Shown here: in pieces, positions 54,372 through 63,726 of the stretch
How the letters are laid out: every line of letters starts with the position of its first letter
Numbering within the stretch: position 1 is the first letter of the stretch
Origin: Pseudomonadota bacterium
GTDB lineage: Bacteria; Pseudomonadota; Gammaproteobacteria; Steroidobacterales; Steroidobacteraceae
Length of the DNA: 64,000 nucleotides
Direction: 5' to 3'
NCBI GenBank assembly: GCA_023428645.1
Contig: JAEYXD010000014.1
Span: forward strand, 14,964 to 78,963
Position numbers and translations under genes: made by a program
The notes under the pieces: model-generated
Told to the model about the DNA's origin: nothing
The model's input: only the letters and a program-made list of their open reading frames with translations
Database searches by the model: none

Positions 54372-54772
54372 TCCGGATCGTTCGCCTCGGGAGCACCCGC
54401 GCGGCGAACGAAGGTGTCCGGCTCGGCACCGTTCGCCGCCCCCCACGGGGTATTCCGAAAACTGACTACAGCAAGCGCGACTTCTACGACGTGTGGCTGC
54501 CGACCCTCGCACCGAGCGACGCCTTGGTGAAGCAGGCGCTCGCGATCGCATCCTCCGACGAGCGGAGCTGGCTGCACTTCGTCAGAAGCTATCGAAAGGA
54601 AATGAAGGAACCCGCCGCCCGCCATTTGCTCGACACGCTTGCGGCTCTGTCACATCAGACTGATTTCGCCGTCGGCTGTTATTGCGAGGATGAACGGCGG
54701 TGTCATCGCTCCATCCTGCGCGAACTGCTGCTGGAGCGAGGCGCGGCGGTCGCCGGCGCTCGCTCCGCTTGA
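54368..54772 (+). CDS. DUF488 (YeaO-like) protein
   Basis: The GTG start overlaps the receiver stop (GTGA). Core motifs are GTVRRPPRG...DVWLPTLAPS...CYCEDERRCHRSIL. Confidence 0.83.
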   Translation: MIRIVRLGSTRAANEGVRLGTVRRPPRGIPKTDYSKRDFYDVWLPTLAPSDALVKQALAIASSDERSWLHFVRSYRKEMKEPAARHLLDTLAALSHQTDFAVGCYCEDERRCHRSILRELLLERGAAVAGARSA

Positions 54773-54820
54773 CGAGGGTCCGCGCGCATCCTGCGCGTCG
54801 TGATCCCTCCCTCACCGTCG

Positions 54821-55012
54821 CTAGTGGCTGCGGCTCCACCGGTCCGGGGGATTCTCTCGCTTGACCCGTTGAGGATTGGCAGCACCGCCTTTGCGGTAGC
54901 CGCGGTCGAACCGCCGGCGTCGGAACAAATAGATCGTCAACGCGAGCGCGAGCGCGATCAGCACCAACGTCGGAACAAAGTACTCGCCAAAGAAATCCAG
55001 CATCGTGCCCAT
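54821..55012 (-). CDS. Small single-TM protein (63 aa), hypothetical
   Basis: GC3-rich frame with AGAGG upstream. TM segment FVPTLVLIALALALTIYLF is followed by RRRR. Confidence 0.45.
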   Translation of the reverse strand: MGTMLDFFGEYFVPTLVLIALALALTIYLFRRRRFDRGYRKGGAANPQRVKRENPPDRWSRSH

Positions 55013-55104
55013 GCGCGGTGACCTCTTGCTTGGGGTTACGAAGCCAAACGGGCGAGCGGGCGCCCGAGTTCAATCGCTTTGCAGACCTCGCAAGAGCGGT
55101 GGGG

Positions 55105-55179
55105 TTACTTTCTCCTTGCTCGCATCCAAATCACGCCAACGACGATGGCGATCAGCAACAGGATGACGACGACTCTCAT
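55105..55179 (-). CDS. Candidate 24-aa hydrophobic micro-ORF (MRVVVILLLIAIVVGVIWMRARRK)
   Basis: Its ATG overlaps the TGA of the upstream nucleotidyltransferase gene (ATGA). There is no other support. Confidence 0.3.
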   Translation of the reverse strand: MRVVVILLLIAIVVGVIWMRARRK

Positions 55180-55781
55180 GTAGATCCCTCGTTCGCGAAT
55201 CGGGCGGTGAGCATCTGCAAATCTGCGGGCGTGTCGAGATCGATGGCGGCGTTCGGCATGGGCACGCGCACGACGCGATCGGGATTGCGCTGCAAGACCT
55301 TGCGCGCCCCTTCGTCGCCGCGCAGCTCCGCGAGCTCGCTGAAATACGCGCGCGGAAAGATCGCGGGCACGCCGACGCCCTGCGCATAGCTGGCCGCGGC
55401 GATCACGCTGTCCTGGCCGTTCCACGCGGCGAGCAGGCGCTTGAGGTCATCGCTCGTCACGCAAACTTGATCTCCCAGCAACACCAGCAGCGCGTCGGCG
55501 GACGGTGGTGTCGCGGCGAGGCCGCAACGAAGCGACGAGGCGATGCCCTCCTCCCATTGTTTGTTGACGACCGAGGAGGCCGGCGAATGCGCGAGCAGAT
55601 ACGACAACTCCTGGGCATGCGCCCCGACGACGACGGTCACGGCATTGCTCGCTACGGCCACGGCAGTCGACAGCACGAGGTGCAGCGCCGGTCGCCCCTG
55701 CAGCCGCACGAGCTGCTTCGGCTGGCCGAGCCGTCGCGAGGCGCCGGCGGCGAGAACGATCACATGGACGTGGGCGGACAT
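55176..55781 (-). CDS. MobA/MocA-like nucleotidyltransferase (molybdenum cofactor cytidylyl/guanylyl-transferase family)
   Basis: Start ATG 55781. N-terminal motif is VIVLAAGASRRLGQPKQL. Confidence 0.8.
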   Translation of the reverse strand: MSAHVHVIVLAAGASRRLGQPKQLVRLQGRPALHLVLSTAVAVASNAVTVVVGAHAQELSYLLAHSPASSVVNKQWEEGIASSLRCGLAATPPSADALLVLLGDQVCVTSDDLKRLLAAWNGQDSVIAAASYAQGVGVPAIFPRAYFSELAELRGDEGARKVLQRNPDRVVRVPMPNAAIDLDTPADLQMLTARFANEGST

Positions 55782-55909
55782 GAGGTGATGGCGAGCCGAT
55801 GATTGCTGCAAACCTGTAGAACGATACCCCACAGTCAGGTCCGATTGCTCGGCGCTCGCGGCAGGCAGATGATTCCAGCCTTCGTTGCCAACCGCACACG
55901 CCGAGTTCC

Positions 55910-56443
55910 ATGGCCATCCGACCCGTTTTGAAAATGGGCGACCCGCTCCTGCTGCAGGTCGCGAAACCCGTCGAGACGTTCGACACCCCGGAGCTGCGCG
56001 AGCTGCTCGTCGACATGCACGACACCATGGCCTCGCTCAACGGGGCGGGGCTCGCGGCGCCGCAGATCGGCGTTTCATTGCAGGTCGTGATCTTCGGCGT
56101 CGGCAAGAATCCTCGCTATCCGCAGGCCGAGGAAGTGCCATACACGGTGTTGATCAATCCGCAGCTCGAGCCGATCGACGACGACATGGACGAAGGCTGG
56201 GAAGGCTGCCTGTCCGTTCCGGGAATGCGCGGGCTCGTGCCCCGGTACCGCCGCCTGCGCTATCGCGGCTTCGATCCGAACGGCGCGCCGATCGACCGGA
56301 CGGTCAGCGACTTCCATGCCCGCGTCGTGCAGCACGAGGTCGATCATCTGCTCGGCATCCTGTATCCGATGCGCATCCGCGATCTCAGGAACTTCGGCTT
56401 CAACGAAACTCTCTTCCCTGGACAACAATGGGTCGACGACTGA
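55910..56443 (+). CDS. def: Peptide deformylase
   Basis: The three signature motifs are present: [18 protein letters not shown] and HEVDHLLG. Confidence 0.95.
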   Translation: MAIRPVLKMGDPLLLQVAKPVETFDTPELRELLVDMHDTMASLNGAGLAAPQIGVSLQVVIFGVGKNPRYPQAEEVPYTVLINPQLEPIDDDMDEGWEGCLSVPGMRGLVPRYRRLRYRGFDPNGAPIDRTVSDFHARVVQHEVDHLLGILYPMRIRDLRNFGFNETLFPGQQWVDD

Positions 56444-56465
56444 CCTCGCCGCCACGGAGCTCGCA

Positions 56466-57941
56466 ATGTCTGCTGTTCTCAAGACTTCCTTGTCGCTGCG
56501 CGACATGTCCCTGTTCCGTCAACAGGCCTTCATCGGCGGCCGCTGGGAAGACGCGGACTCGGGCGCGACCGCTCGCGTCTTGAATCCGGCGAACGGCGAG
56601 GCGATCGGCACGATTCCGCACATGGGTGCGGAGGAAACCCGGCGCGCCATCGAAGCCGCGGATCGCGCCCTGCCCGACTGGCGCGCGCGGACCGCGAAGG
56701 AACGGGCCCATATCCTGCGCAAATGGTTCGACCTGATGATGGCGAACCAGGAAGACCTCGCGGTGCTGATGACGGTCGAGCAGGGCAAGCCCCTCGCGGA
56801 AAGCCGCGGTGAGATCGCCTATGCCGCGGCGTTCCTGGAGTGGTTCGGCGAGGAAGGCAAGCGCGCCTACGGCGATGTGATTCCCGCGCACGGCCGCGAC
56901 AAGCGCATCGTCGTGCTGAAGCAGCCGGTCGGCGTCACGGCCGCGATCACGCCATGGAATTTTCCGGCCGCGATGATTACCCGCAAGGTGGGCCCGGCGC
57001 TCGCGGCCGGCTGCACGATGGTCATCAAGCCCTCGGAGCTCACGCCCTACTCCGCGCTCGCGATGTGCGTGCTGGCCGAGCGCGCGGGCGTGCCGGCCGG
57101 TGTCGTCTCCGTCGTGACGGGCGATGCGAAAACGGTCGGCGGCGAGCTCACGAGCAATCCGCTCGTCCGCAAACTGAGCTTCACGGGCTCGACGGCCGTC
57201 GGCAAGCTGCTCATGCAGCAGTGCGCGTCGACGGTGAAGAAGGTCTCGATGGAGCTGGGCGGCAACGCGCCGTTCATCGTGTTCGATGACGCCGATCTCG
57301 ACACGGCGGTCGCCGGTGCGATCGCCTCGAAGTACCGCAACGCGGGGCAGACGTGCGTCTGTGCGAATCGCATCTATGTGCAAAGCGGCATCTACGATCG
57401 CTTCGCCGAGCGCCTCGCCGACGCCGCTGCGTCGATGAAGGTCGGCAACGGGCTCGAGGCGGACACGAAGATCGGCCCGCTGATCGACGACAAGGCCGTC
57501 CAGAAGGTCGAGCGGCACGTCGCCGACGCCTTGAGCAAGGGCGCACGCGCGCTCGTCGGCGGCAAACGCGCGGCGGGCGCGGGCACGTTCTTCGTTCCCA
57601 CGGTGTTGACGGGCGTCACTGCCGACATGCTCGCGATGCGCGAGGAAACGTTCGGCCCCGTGGCGCCGTTGATGAAGTTCGACACCGAGGCCGACGCGAT
57701 CAAGCTCGCGAACGCGACGGAGTTCGGGCTGGCGAGCTACTTCTACAGCCGCGACGTGCAGCGCTGCTGGCGCGTGGCCGAAGCGCTCGAGAGCGGCATC
57801 GTCGGCATCAACGAGGGCATCATCTCCACCGAAGTCGCGCCGTTCGGCGGCGTGAAGGAAAGCGGCATCGGCCGGGAAGGCTCGAAATACGGCCTGGACG
57901 AATACCTGGAGATCAAATACCTGTGCTACGGCGGCGTATGA
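56466..57941 (+). CDS. gabD: NAD(P)-dependent succinate-semialdehyde dehydrogenase
   Basis: Start ATG 56466. ALDH motifs ELGGNAPFIVF and GQTCVCANR, with strong end-to-end GabD-like sequence. Confidence 0.9.
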   Translation: MSAVLKTSLSLRDMSLFRQQAFIGGRWEDADSGATARVLNPANGEAIGTIPHMGAEETRRAIEAADRALPDWRARTAKERAHILRKWFDLMMANQEDLAVLMTVEQGKPLAESRGEIAYAAAFLEWFGEEGKRAYGDVIPAHGRDKRIVVLKQPVGVTAAITPWNFPAAMITRKVGPALAAGCTMVIKPSELTPYSALAMCVLAERAGVPAGVVSVVTGDAKTVGGELTSNPLVRKLSFTGSTAVGKLLMQQCASTVKKVSMELGGNAPFIVFDDADLDTAVAGAIASKYRNAGQTCVCANRIYVQSGIYDRFAERLADAAASMKVGNGLEADTKIGPLIDDKAVQKVERHVADALSKGARALVGGKRAAGAGTFFVPTVLTGVTADMLAMREETFGPVAPLMKFDTEADAIKLANATEFGLASYFYSRDVQRCWRVAEALESGIVGINEGIISTEVAPFGGVKESGIGREGSKYGLDEYLEIKYLCYGGV

Positions 57942-57957
57942 GAGTGCTGCTCGCTTC

Positions 57958-59064
57958 ATGAACGCAACCGACGTCGTAGTCATCGGCGCTGGCGTCATCG
58001 GTCTCGCGGTCGCGCGCGCGCTCGCGTTGCGTGGCCGCGAAGTCGTCATCGTCGAAGCCGCCGAGAGCTTCGGAACCGGCATCAGCTCGCGCAACAGCGA
58101 GGTCGTTCACGCCGGCATCTATTACCCGCGCGGCTCGCTCAAGGCGGCGCTCTGCGTGCAAGGCCGCGAGCGGCTCTACGATTTCTGCGAGCGCTTCGGC
58201 GTGCCGCATCGTCGCTGCGGCAAGCTGATCGTCGCGACCAGCGTGGAGCAGGTCGACGAGCTGCGCGCGATCGAAGCCGCCGCGGCCGGCAATGGCGTTC
58301 GCTTGCAGTGGCTCGACAAGGAGCACGCCCGCGCGCGCGAGCCCGAGGTCGTGTGCGAGGCCGCGCTGTTCTCGCCGACGACCGGCATCCTCGACTCCCA
58401 TTCGTACATGCTCGCGCTGCTCGCGGATGCCGAGCGCCATGGCGCCACGATCGTGTATCGCAGCCGGGTCGCGGCAATGTGGCTGGAATCGGCATCGGCG
58501 CTGCTCGCGATCAACGAAGACGAGCGCCCGACACTGCGGGCTCGCACCGTCGTGAACTGCGCCGGGCTGCACGCATCGCAGGTCGCGACCGGCATCGAAG
58601 GCTTCCCGCGCGAGCGCATTCCGCGCACGTACTACGCGCGCGGGCATTACTTCTCGCACACCGGCCGCACGCGCTTTCGGCATCTCGTCTATCCGATTCC
58701 CGAGCCCGGCGGGCTCGGCGTGCATCTGACGCTCGACATGGCGGGACAGGCGCGCTTCGGACCGGACGTCGAATGGATCGAGGAGCTCGACTACGCCGTG
58801 AGCATCGAACGAGCGGAGCGCTTCTACGCGGCCATCCGTCGCTTCTGGCCGCAGCTCGAGGACGGCAGGCTCGTGCCGGCGTACGCGGGCATTCGGCCCA
58901 AGATCGCCGGACCCGGCGAGCCGTTCGCCGATTTCCGAATCGAGGGGCCGGGCCAGCACGGCGCGCCGGCGATCATCAATCTGTTCGGCATCGAATCGCC
59001 CGGCCTCACGGCATCACTCGCGATCGGCGATCACGTGGCCGAGCTCGCGCACGGCTTCAGATGA
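57958..59064 (+). CDS. FAD-dependent oxidoreductase, L-2-hydroxyglutarate oxidase/dehydrogenase-like
   Basis: VVVIGAGVIGLAVARAL dinucleotide fold and SRNSEVVHAGIYYP. It lies 16 nt downstream of gabD. Confidence 0.82.
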   Translation: MNATDVVVIGAGVIGLAVARALALRGREVVIVEAAESFGTGISSRNSEVVHAGIYYPRGSLKAALCVQGRERLYDFCERFGVPHRRCGKLIVATSVEQVDELRAIEAAAAGNGVRLQWLDKEHARAREPEVVCEAALFSPTTGILDSHSYMLALLADAERHGATIVYRSRVAAMWLESASALLAINEDERPTLRARTVVNCAGLHASQVATGIEGFPRERIPRTYYARGHYFSHTGRTRFRHLVYPIPEPGGLGVHLTLDMAGQARFGPDVEWIEELDYAVSIERAERFYAAIRRFWPQLEDGRLVPAYAGIRPKIAGPGEPFADFRIEGPGQHGAPAIINLFGIESPGLTASLAIGDHVAELAHGFR

Positions 59065-59116
59065 CCTTGCATGCGCGGACGCGGCTAACATTCTCGTTTT
59101 CGCCTCGTTTGGAATC

Positions 59117-59551
59117 TTGCACATGAAAGCACGCATCAAATGGATCGAGAACGTCGCGTTTCTCGGTGAGTCCGGGTCCGGACACTCGGTCGTCATGGAC
59201 GGCGCCCAGGACGCTGGCGGGCGCAATCTCGGCTTTCGGCCGATGGAGATGCTGCTGCTCGGCCTTGGCGGCTGTTCGGCCTTCGATGTCGTGATGATCT
59301 TGAAGCGCGGCCGCGAGCGCGTGACCGACTGCGTCGTCGAGATCGACGCCGAGCGCGCCGAGACGGAGCCGAAGGTATTCACGAAGATCACGATGCGCTA
59401 TCTCGTGACCGGTCACGACCTCGATCCGAAGAAGGTGGAGCGCGCCGTCCATCTGTCGGCCGACAAGTACTGCTCCGCCTCCGCGATCATGAGCAAGACC
59501 GCGCAGATCACGCACACGATCGACATCGTTCCCGCGACAGCATCGAGCTGA
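59117..59551 (+). CDS. OsmC/Ohr-superfamily protein (YhfA-like)
   Basis: LGLGGCSAFDV and ADKYCSASA motifs (two conserved Cys). Confidence 0.85.
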   Translation: MHMKARIKWIENVAFLGESGSGHSVVMDGAQDAGGRNLGFRPMEMLLLGLGGCSAFDVVMILKRGRERVTDCVVEIDAERAETEPKVFTKITMRYLVTGHDLDPKKVERAVHLSADKYCSASAIMSKTAQITHTIDIVPATASS

Positions 59552-59618
59552 CGCTCGCCGCGAGCGCGCGTTCCGCGCCGCTCGTCTTCCCTGCCACCGT
59601 CACACCGAGGAATCCGCC

Positions 59619-60050
59619 ATGAAACGCTCCGCCTCTGCAGTTTGGACCGGAAGTCTCAAAGAAGGCCGCGGCACGATCTCCACCGACAGCGGCGTGCTGT
59701 CGGACACGCAGTATTCGTTCGCGACGCGCTTCGAGGACGGCAAGGGCACGAATCCCGAAGAGCTGATCGCCGCCGCGCATGCGGGCTGCTTTTCGATGGC
59801 GCTCTCCGCCGAGATCGGCAAGCTGGGCAAGACCCCCGAGAGCATTCAAACGTCCGCGGAAGTGACGCTCGTGAAAAACGATACGGGGTTCGCGATCACG
59901 GCCGTGCATCTCAAGGTGAAGGCGAAGGTGCCGGGCTGGGACCCGGCGGCGTTCAAGGCCGCGGCCGAAACGGCGAAGGCCGGGTGCCCGGTGTCGCGCG
60001 TCCTGAAGGCCGACATCACGCTGGAGGCGCGACTGGAAGGCTGGACCTGA
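59619..60050 (+). CDS. osmC: OsmC-type peroxiredoxin
   Basis: NPEELIAAAHAGCFSMAL and AKAGCPVSRVL motifs. Confidence 0.9.
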   Translation: MKRSASAVWTGSLKEGRGTISTDSGVLSDTQYSFATRFEDGKGTNPEELIAAAHAGCFSMALSAEIGKLGKTPESIQTSAEVTLVKNDTGFAITAVHLKVKAKVPGWDPAAFKAAAETAKAGCPVSRVLKADITLEARLEGWT

Positions 60051-60075
60051 CGATCGGCGGATCGCGCGCGATGCC

Positions 60076-61305
60076 TCACTCGTCCGGTGGCGGTTGGCTC
60101 GCGATCCGCGTTTCGCGCGGCGTTCCCCCGCGCGCCACCCAATAGCTGAGCCCGCTCAGCACGGCGCTGCACGTCATCAGCAACGCGAGTCGCGCGACGC
60201 TGCCGTCCGAGAACGCCGCGACCGCGATGCCGCCGAGCATGCCGAGCCCGGATTGCAGCGCCCCCATGAGTGCTGACGCGGTGCCGGCTTCACGGCCGTA
60301 CGGCGCCAACGCGAGCGCCGCGACGTTCGGGTTCGCGCGGCCGACCATCAGGACGAAGCCGAGCTGGCCGACGATGACGATCCAGAGCGGCAGGTGCAGT
60401 GCATAGCTCCCGAGTGTCAACGCCGCGCCGATCAGTGCCGGCACCCAGACGGCTCGTGCGAGCACTTGTTGGGGCGTCCGGCGCCGCAGCGACACGATAT
60501 TCCAGCGGCTCGCGCTCATGAACGCGAGTCCGTTCAGGCCGATCACCCAGCCGAACTGCTGCGGCGTGAGGCCGTATTGGTCGGCGTAGACGATCGGCGA
60601 TCCGGTCACGAAACAGAACAAGCCGCCCATGATGAAACCGCCGACACACGCGTAGCCGATGAAGACGCGGTCGAGCAGCAGCCCGCCGTAGCTGCGTAAC
60701 ACTACGGCGATCCTCAGCGACTGCACATGCGCCGGGTCGCGCGATTCCACGAGCATGACGTGCATCGCCACCGTGATCGCGACGGCGGCACCGGCGAGGA
60801 AGATGAACACCGCTCGCCAGTTGGACGCCGTGATGACCCAGCCGCCGAGCGTCGGCGCGATGATCGGACCCAAGGACACGATGAGCATCAGCGTCGCGTA
60901 TGCCTTGGCCGCGTCCTGCGGCTCGCAGCGGTCGCGGACGATGGCGCGACCGATGACGAGCGGCGCGCAGGCCCCGATCGCTTGCACGATGCGCATGTTC
61001 GTCAGCATCGTCATGTTGATGGCGAACGCGCAGCCGACCGAGCCGAGCACGTAGAGCGCCAGCCCGACGTACAACGGCGGCTTCCGTCCGAAGCGGTCGC
61101 TCAACGGGCCGTAGAGCAATTGCCCCAGCGCGAGACCGAACATGTACGCGGCCATCGTGCCTTCGACGCCCGCCTCACCGAACTCGCGTTCGATCGCGGG
61201 GAAGCCGGGCAGGTACATGTCGATCGTGAACGGTCCGAGGGCGGACATGGCGCCGACCAACACGAGCCAGGCCGGGATGCCTCGGGCCGGGTGAGGGGGA
61301 TTCAT
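60076..61305 (-). CDS. MFS transporter, Bcr/CflA drug-resistance subfamily
   Basis: 12-TM ORF with the GPLSDRFGRKP motif. Confidence 0.9.
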   Translation of the reverse strand: MNPPHPARGIPAWLVLVGAMSALGPFTIDMYLPGFPAIEREFGEAGVEGTMAAYMFGLALGQLLYGPLSDRFGRKPPLYVGLALYVLGSVGCAFAINMTMLTNMRIVQAIGACAPLVIGRAIVRDRCEPQDAAKAYATLMLIVSLGPIIAPTLGGWVITASNWRAVFIFLAGAAVAITVAMHVMLVESRDPAHVQSLRIAVVLRSYGGLLLDRVFIGYACVGGFIMGGLFCFVTGSPIVYADQYGLTPQQFGWVIGLNGLAFMSASRWNIVSLRRRTPQQVLARAVWVPALIGAALTLGSYALHLPLWIVIVGQLGFVLMVGRANPNVAALALAPYGREAGTASALMGALQSGLGMLGGIAVAAFSDGSVARLALLMTCSAVLSGLSYWVARGGTPRETRIASQPPPDE

Positions 61306-61507
61306 GCGGGATCGTTGAGAGCGCGAATCATTTCAGACTAACGAGCGCGCGCCCCGGAAACAACTCTCGCGGCCGGAGAGGCCGCGGGCGCCGATGAAGC
61401 GCGTGAGGGGCGGCTTGTTTGTTGGATTTTCGCGGGCGGTCGCGCTTGCGAAGTGCCAGGCGCCGCCCTACGCGCTATCGCAAGAGCGCTCGCGCGCCGC
61501 CTCACCC

Positions 61508-61533
61508 CATCCCGCTCTCACGGGGGCGGGATG
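61508..61533 (-). terminator. Hairpin just downstream of the fghA stop
   Basis: CATCCCGC-tctcacgggg-GCGGGATG. It lies 10 nt beyond the stop codon at 61543-61545 and has no clear U-tract. Confidence 0.35.
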
Positions 61534-61542
61534 CGGCGGGAA

Positions 61543-62373
61543 TCACTTGAGCCGTTGCGCGTGAAACTCCAAGTGTTCGGCCATGAACGTCGAGATGAAG
61601 TAATAGCCGTGGTCGTAGCCGTCGCGATAGCGAAGCTGCAACGGCGTCCCGGACGCGCGGCACGCTTCGGCGAAGCGCTCGGGGAGCAGCTGCTCGGCGA
61701 GGAATTTATCGGCGGTGCCTTGATCCACGAGGATCGTGTCGTCGTAGCGCTGGCGCGCGACGAGCACGCTCGCATCGTACTCGCCCCAAGCGCCGCGATC
61801 CGCGCCGAGGTAACCGCTGAACGCCTTTTCACCCCAAGGACACTGCGACGGCGCGGCGATCGGCGCGAAGGCCGAGACCGATCGATATTGATCGCGATTG
61901 CGCAGCGCGCATACGAGTGCGCCGTGCCCGCCCATCGAATGCCCGAAGATGCTCTGCCGATCGGCCCGCACCGGCGCGAGCGAGCGCACCACTTCCGGCA
62001 GCTCCCGTGTCACGTAGCTGTACATCCGATAGTTCTGCGACCAGGGCGCCTGCGTCGCATCCACATAGAAGCCGGCGCCCTGCCCGAAATCCCAACTCGC
62101 ATCGTCGCCTGGAAAGCGCGGCTTGCGCGGACTTGTATCGGGCGCGACGAGCACGATGCCGAGCTCGGCCGCGACACGCTGCGCACCGGCCTTGATCATG
62201 AACGTCTCTTCGGTGCACGTGAGCCCGGCGAGGTAGTACAACACCGGCGCGGGCCGTTCACGCGCCTGCGGCGGCACGAAGATGGCGAACCGCATCTCGC
62301 TCGCGCACTCGCGCGACTCGTGCGTGTGGAATTGTTGCTCGCCGTCGAAGCAGCGGTGCGACGAAATCAGCAT
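61543..62373 (-). CDS. fghA: S-formylglutathione hydrolase (esterase D)
   Basis: YYLAGLTCTEETF and FGHSMGGHGAL motifs. It lies downstream of the class III ADH gene. Confidence 0.93.
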   Translation of the reverse strand: MLISSHRCFDGEQQFHTHESRECASEMRFAIFVPPQARERPAPVLYYLAGLTCTEETFMIKAGAQRVAAELGIVLVAPDTSPRKPRFPGDDASWDFGQGAGFYVDATQAPWSQNYRMYSYVTRELPEVVRSLAPVRADRQSIFGHSMGGHGALVCALRNRDQYRSVSAFAPIAAPSQCPWGEKAFSGYLGADRGAWGEYDASVLVARQRYDDTILVDQGTADKFLAEQLLPERFAEACRASGTPLQLRYRDGYDHGYYFISTFMAEHLEFHAQRLK

Positions 62374-62448
62374 GGCGGACTCCTCACGAGCGACCCCCGC
62401 GGCGGCCGCCAGCCGATAACTCGGCAGCAGCGCAGCAAGTTCGCACGG

Positions 62449-63558
62449 TCAATAAATGACGACGCTGCGGATCGACTCGCCCGAGTGCATCAGATCGAAC
62501 GAACGATTGATGTCGTCGAGCGGCATCGTGTGCGTGATGAGGTCATCGATATTGATCTTGCCGTCCATGTACCAGTCCACGATCTTCGGCACGTCCGTGC
62601 GGCCGCGCGCGCCGCCGAACGCCGTGCCCTTCCAGACGCGGCCGGTGACGAGCTGGAACGGCCGCGTCTTGATCTCCTGGCCGGAGCCGGCGACGCCGAT
62701 GATGACGGACACGCCCCAGCCTCGATGACAGCATTCGAGCGCCTGCCGCATGAGATCGACGTTGCCGACGCATTCGAAGCTGTAGTCCGCGCCGCCGTCC
62801 GTGAGCGCGATCAAGTGCTGCACCAGATCGCCGCCGACGTCCTTGGGATTCACGAAGTCGGTCATGCCGAATTTTTCGGCGAGCGCCTTGCGCTCGGGAT
62901 TGATGTCGACGCCGATGATGCGATTGGCACCGACCAGCTTCGCGCCCTGGATGACGTTGAGCCCGATGCCGCCGAGCCCGAAGACGACGACGTTCGCGCC
63001 CGGCTCGACCTTCGCGGTATTGATCACGGCGCCGATGCCCGTCGTCACGCCGCAGCCGATGTAGCACACCTTGTCGAACGGGGCGTCCTCGCGAATCTTC
63101 GCGAGCGCGATTTCCGGCAGCACCGTGAAGTTCGAGAACGTCGAGCAGCCCATGTAGTGATGGATCAGGTCCTTGCCGATGGAGAAGCGGCTGGTGCCGT
63201 CGGGCATCAGACCCTTGCCTTGCGTCGCGCGAATCGCGGTGCAGAGATTCGTCTTGTGCGACAGGCATGATTTACATTGACGGCATTCCGGCGTGTACAG
63301 CGGGATGACGTGGTCGCCCTTCTTCAATGACGTGACACCGCGGCCGACATCGACGACGACGCCGGCGCCTTCGTGGCCGAAGATCGCCGGAAACAACCCT
63401 TCCGGATCGGCGCCCGAGCGCGTGAACTCATCCGTATGGCACACGCCGGTCGCCTTGATTTCGACGAGCACTTCGCCGTCGCGCGGTCCGTCGAGTTCGA
63501 CGGTCATCACTTCCAGGGGCTTGCCAGCGGCAAGCGCGACAGCGGCGCGAGTTTTCAT
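62449..63558 (-). CDS. frmA: S-(hydroxymethyl)glutathione dehydrogenase / class III alcohol dehydrogenase
   Basis: Start ATG 63558. Motifs [16 protein letters not shown] and GLGGIGL are present. Confidence 0.95.
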   Translation of the reverse strand: MKTRAAVALAAGKPLEVMTVELDGPRDGEVLVEIKATGVCHTDEFTRSGADPEGLFPAIFGHEGAGVVVDVGRGVTSLKKGDHVIPLYTPECRQCKSCLSHKTNLCTAIRATQGKGLMPDGTSRFSIGKDLIHHYMGCSTFSNFTVLPEIALAKIREDAPFDKVCYIGCGVTTGIGAVINTAKVEPGANVVVFGLGGIGLNVIQGAKLVGANRIIGVDINPERKALAEKFGMTDFVNPKDVGGDLVQHLIALTDGGADYSFECVGNVDLMRQALECCHRGWGVSVIIGVAGSGQEIKTRPFQLVTGRVWKGTAFGGARGRTDVPKIVDWYMDGKINIDDLITHTMPLDDINRSFDLMHSGESIRSVVIY

Positions 63559-63726
63559 GAGATTCAGCTCGATCGTGAGACGGGCGGCGATTCTGCACCA
63601 GCGTCGCATCGCCGTGCCAGTAATGGGCTGGTCGTCGCTGCCTGTTCCCGCGTCGTTCTATAGAGGATGCCCCATGCTCGTGACGCTTGTTATGCTGGCC
63701 CTCGCTTCCAGTCGGAGGAACTCGCG

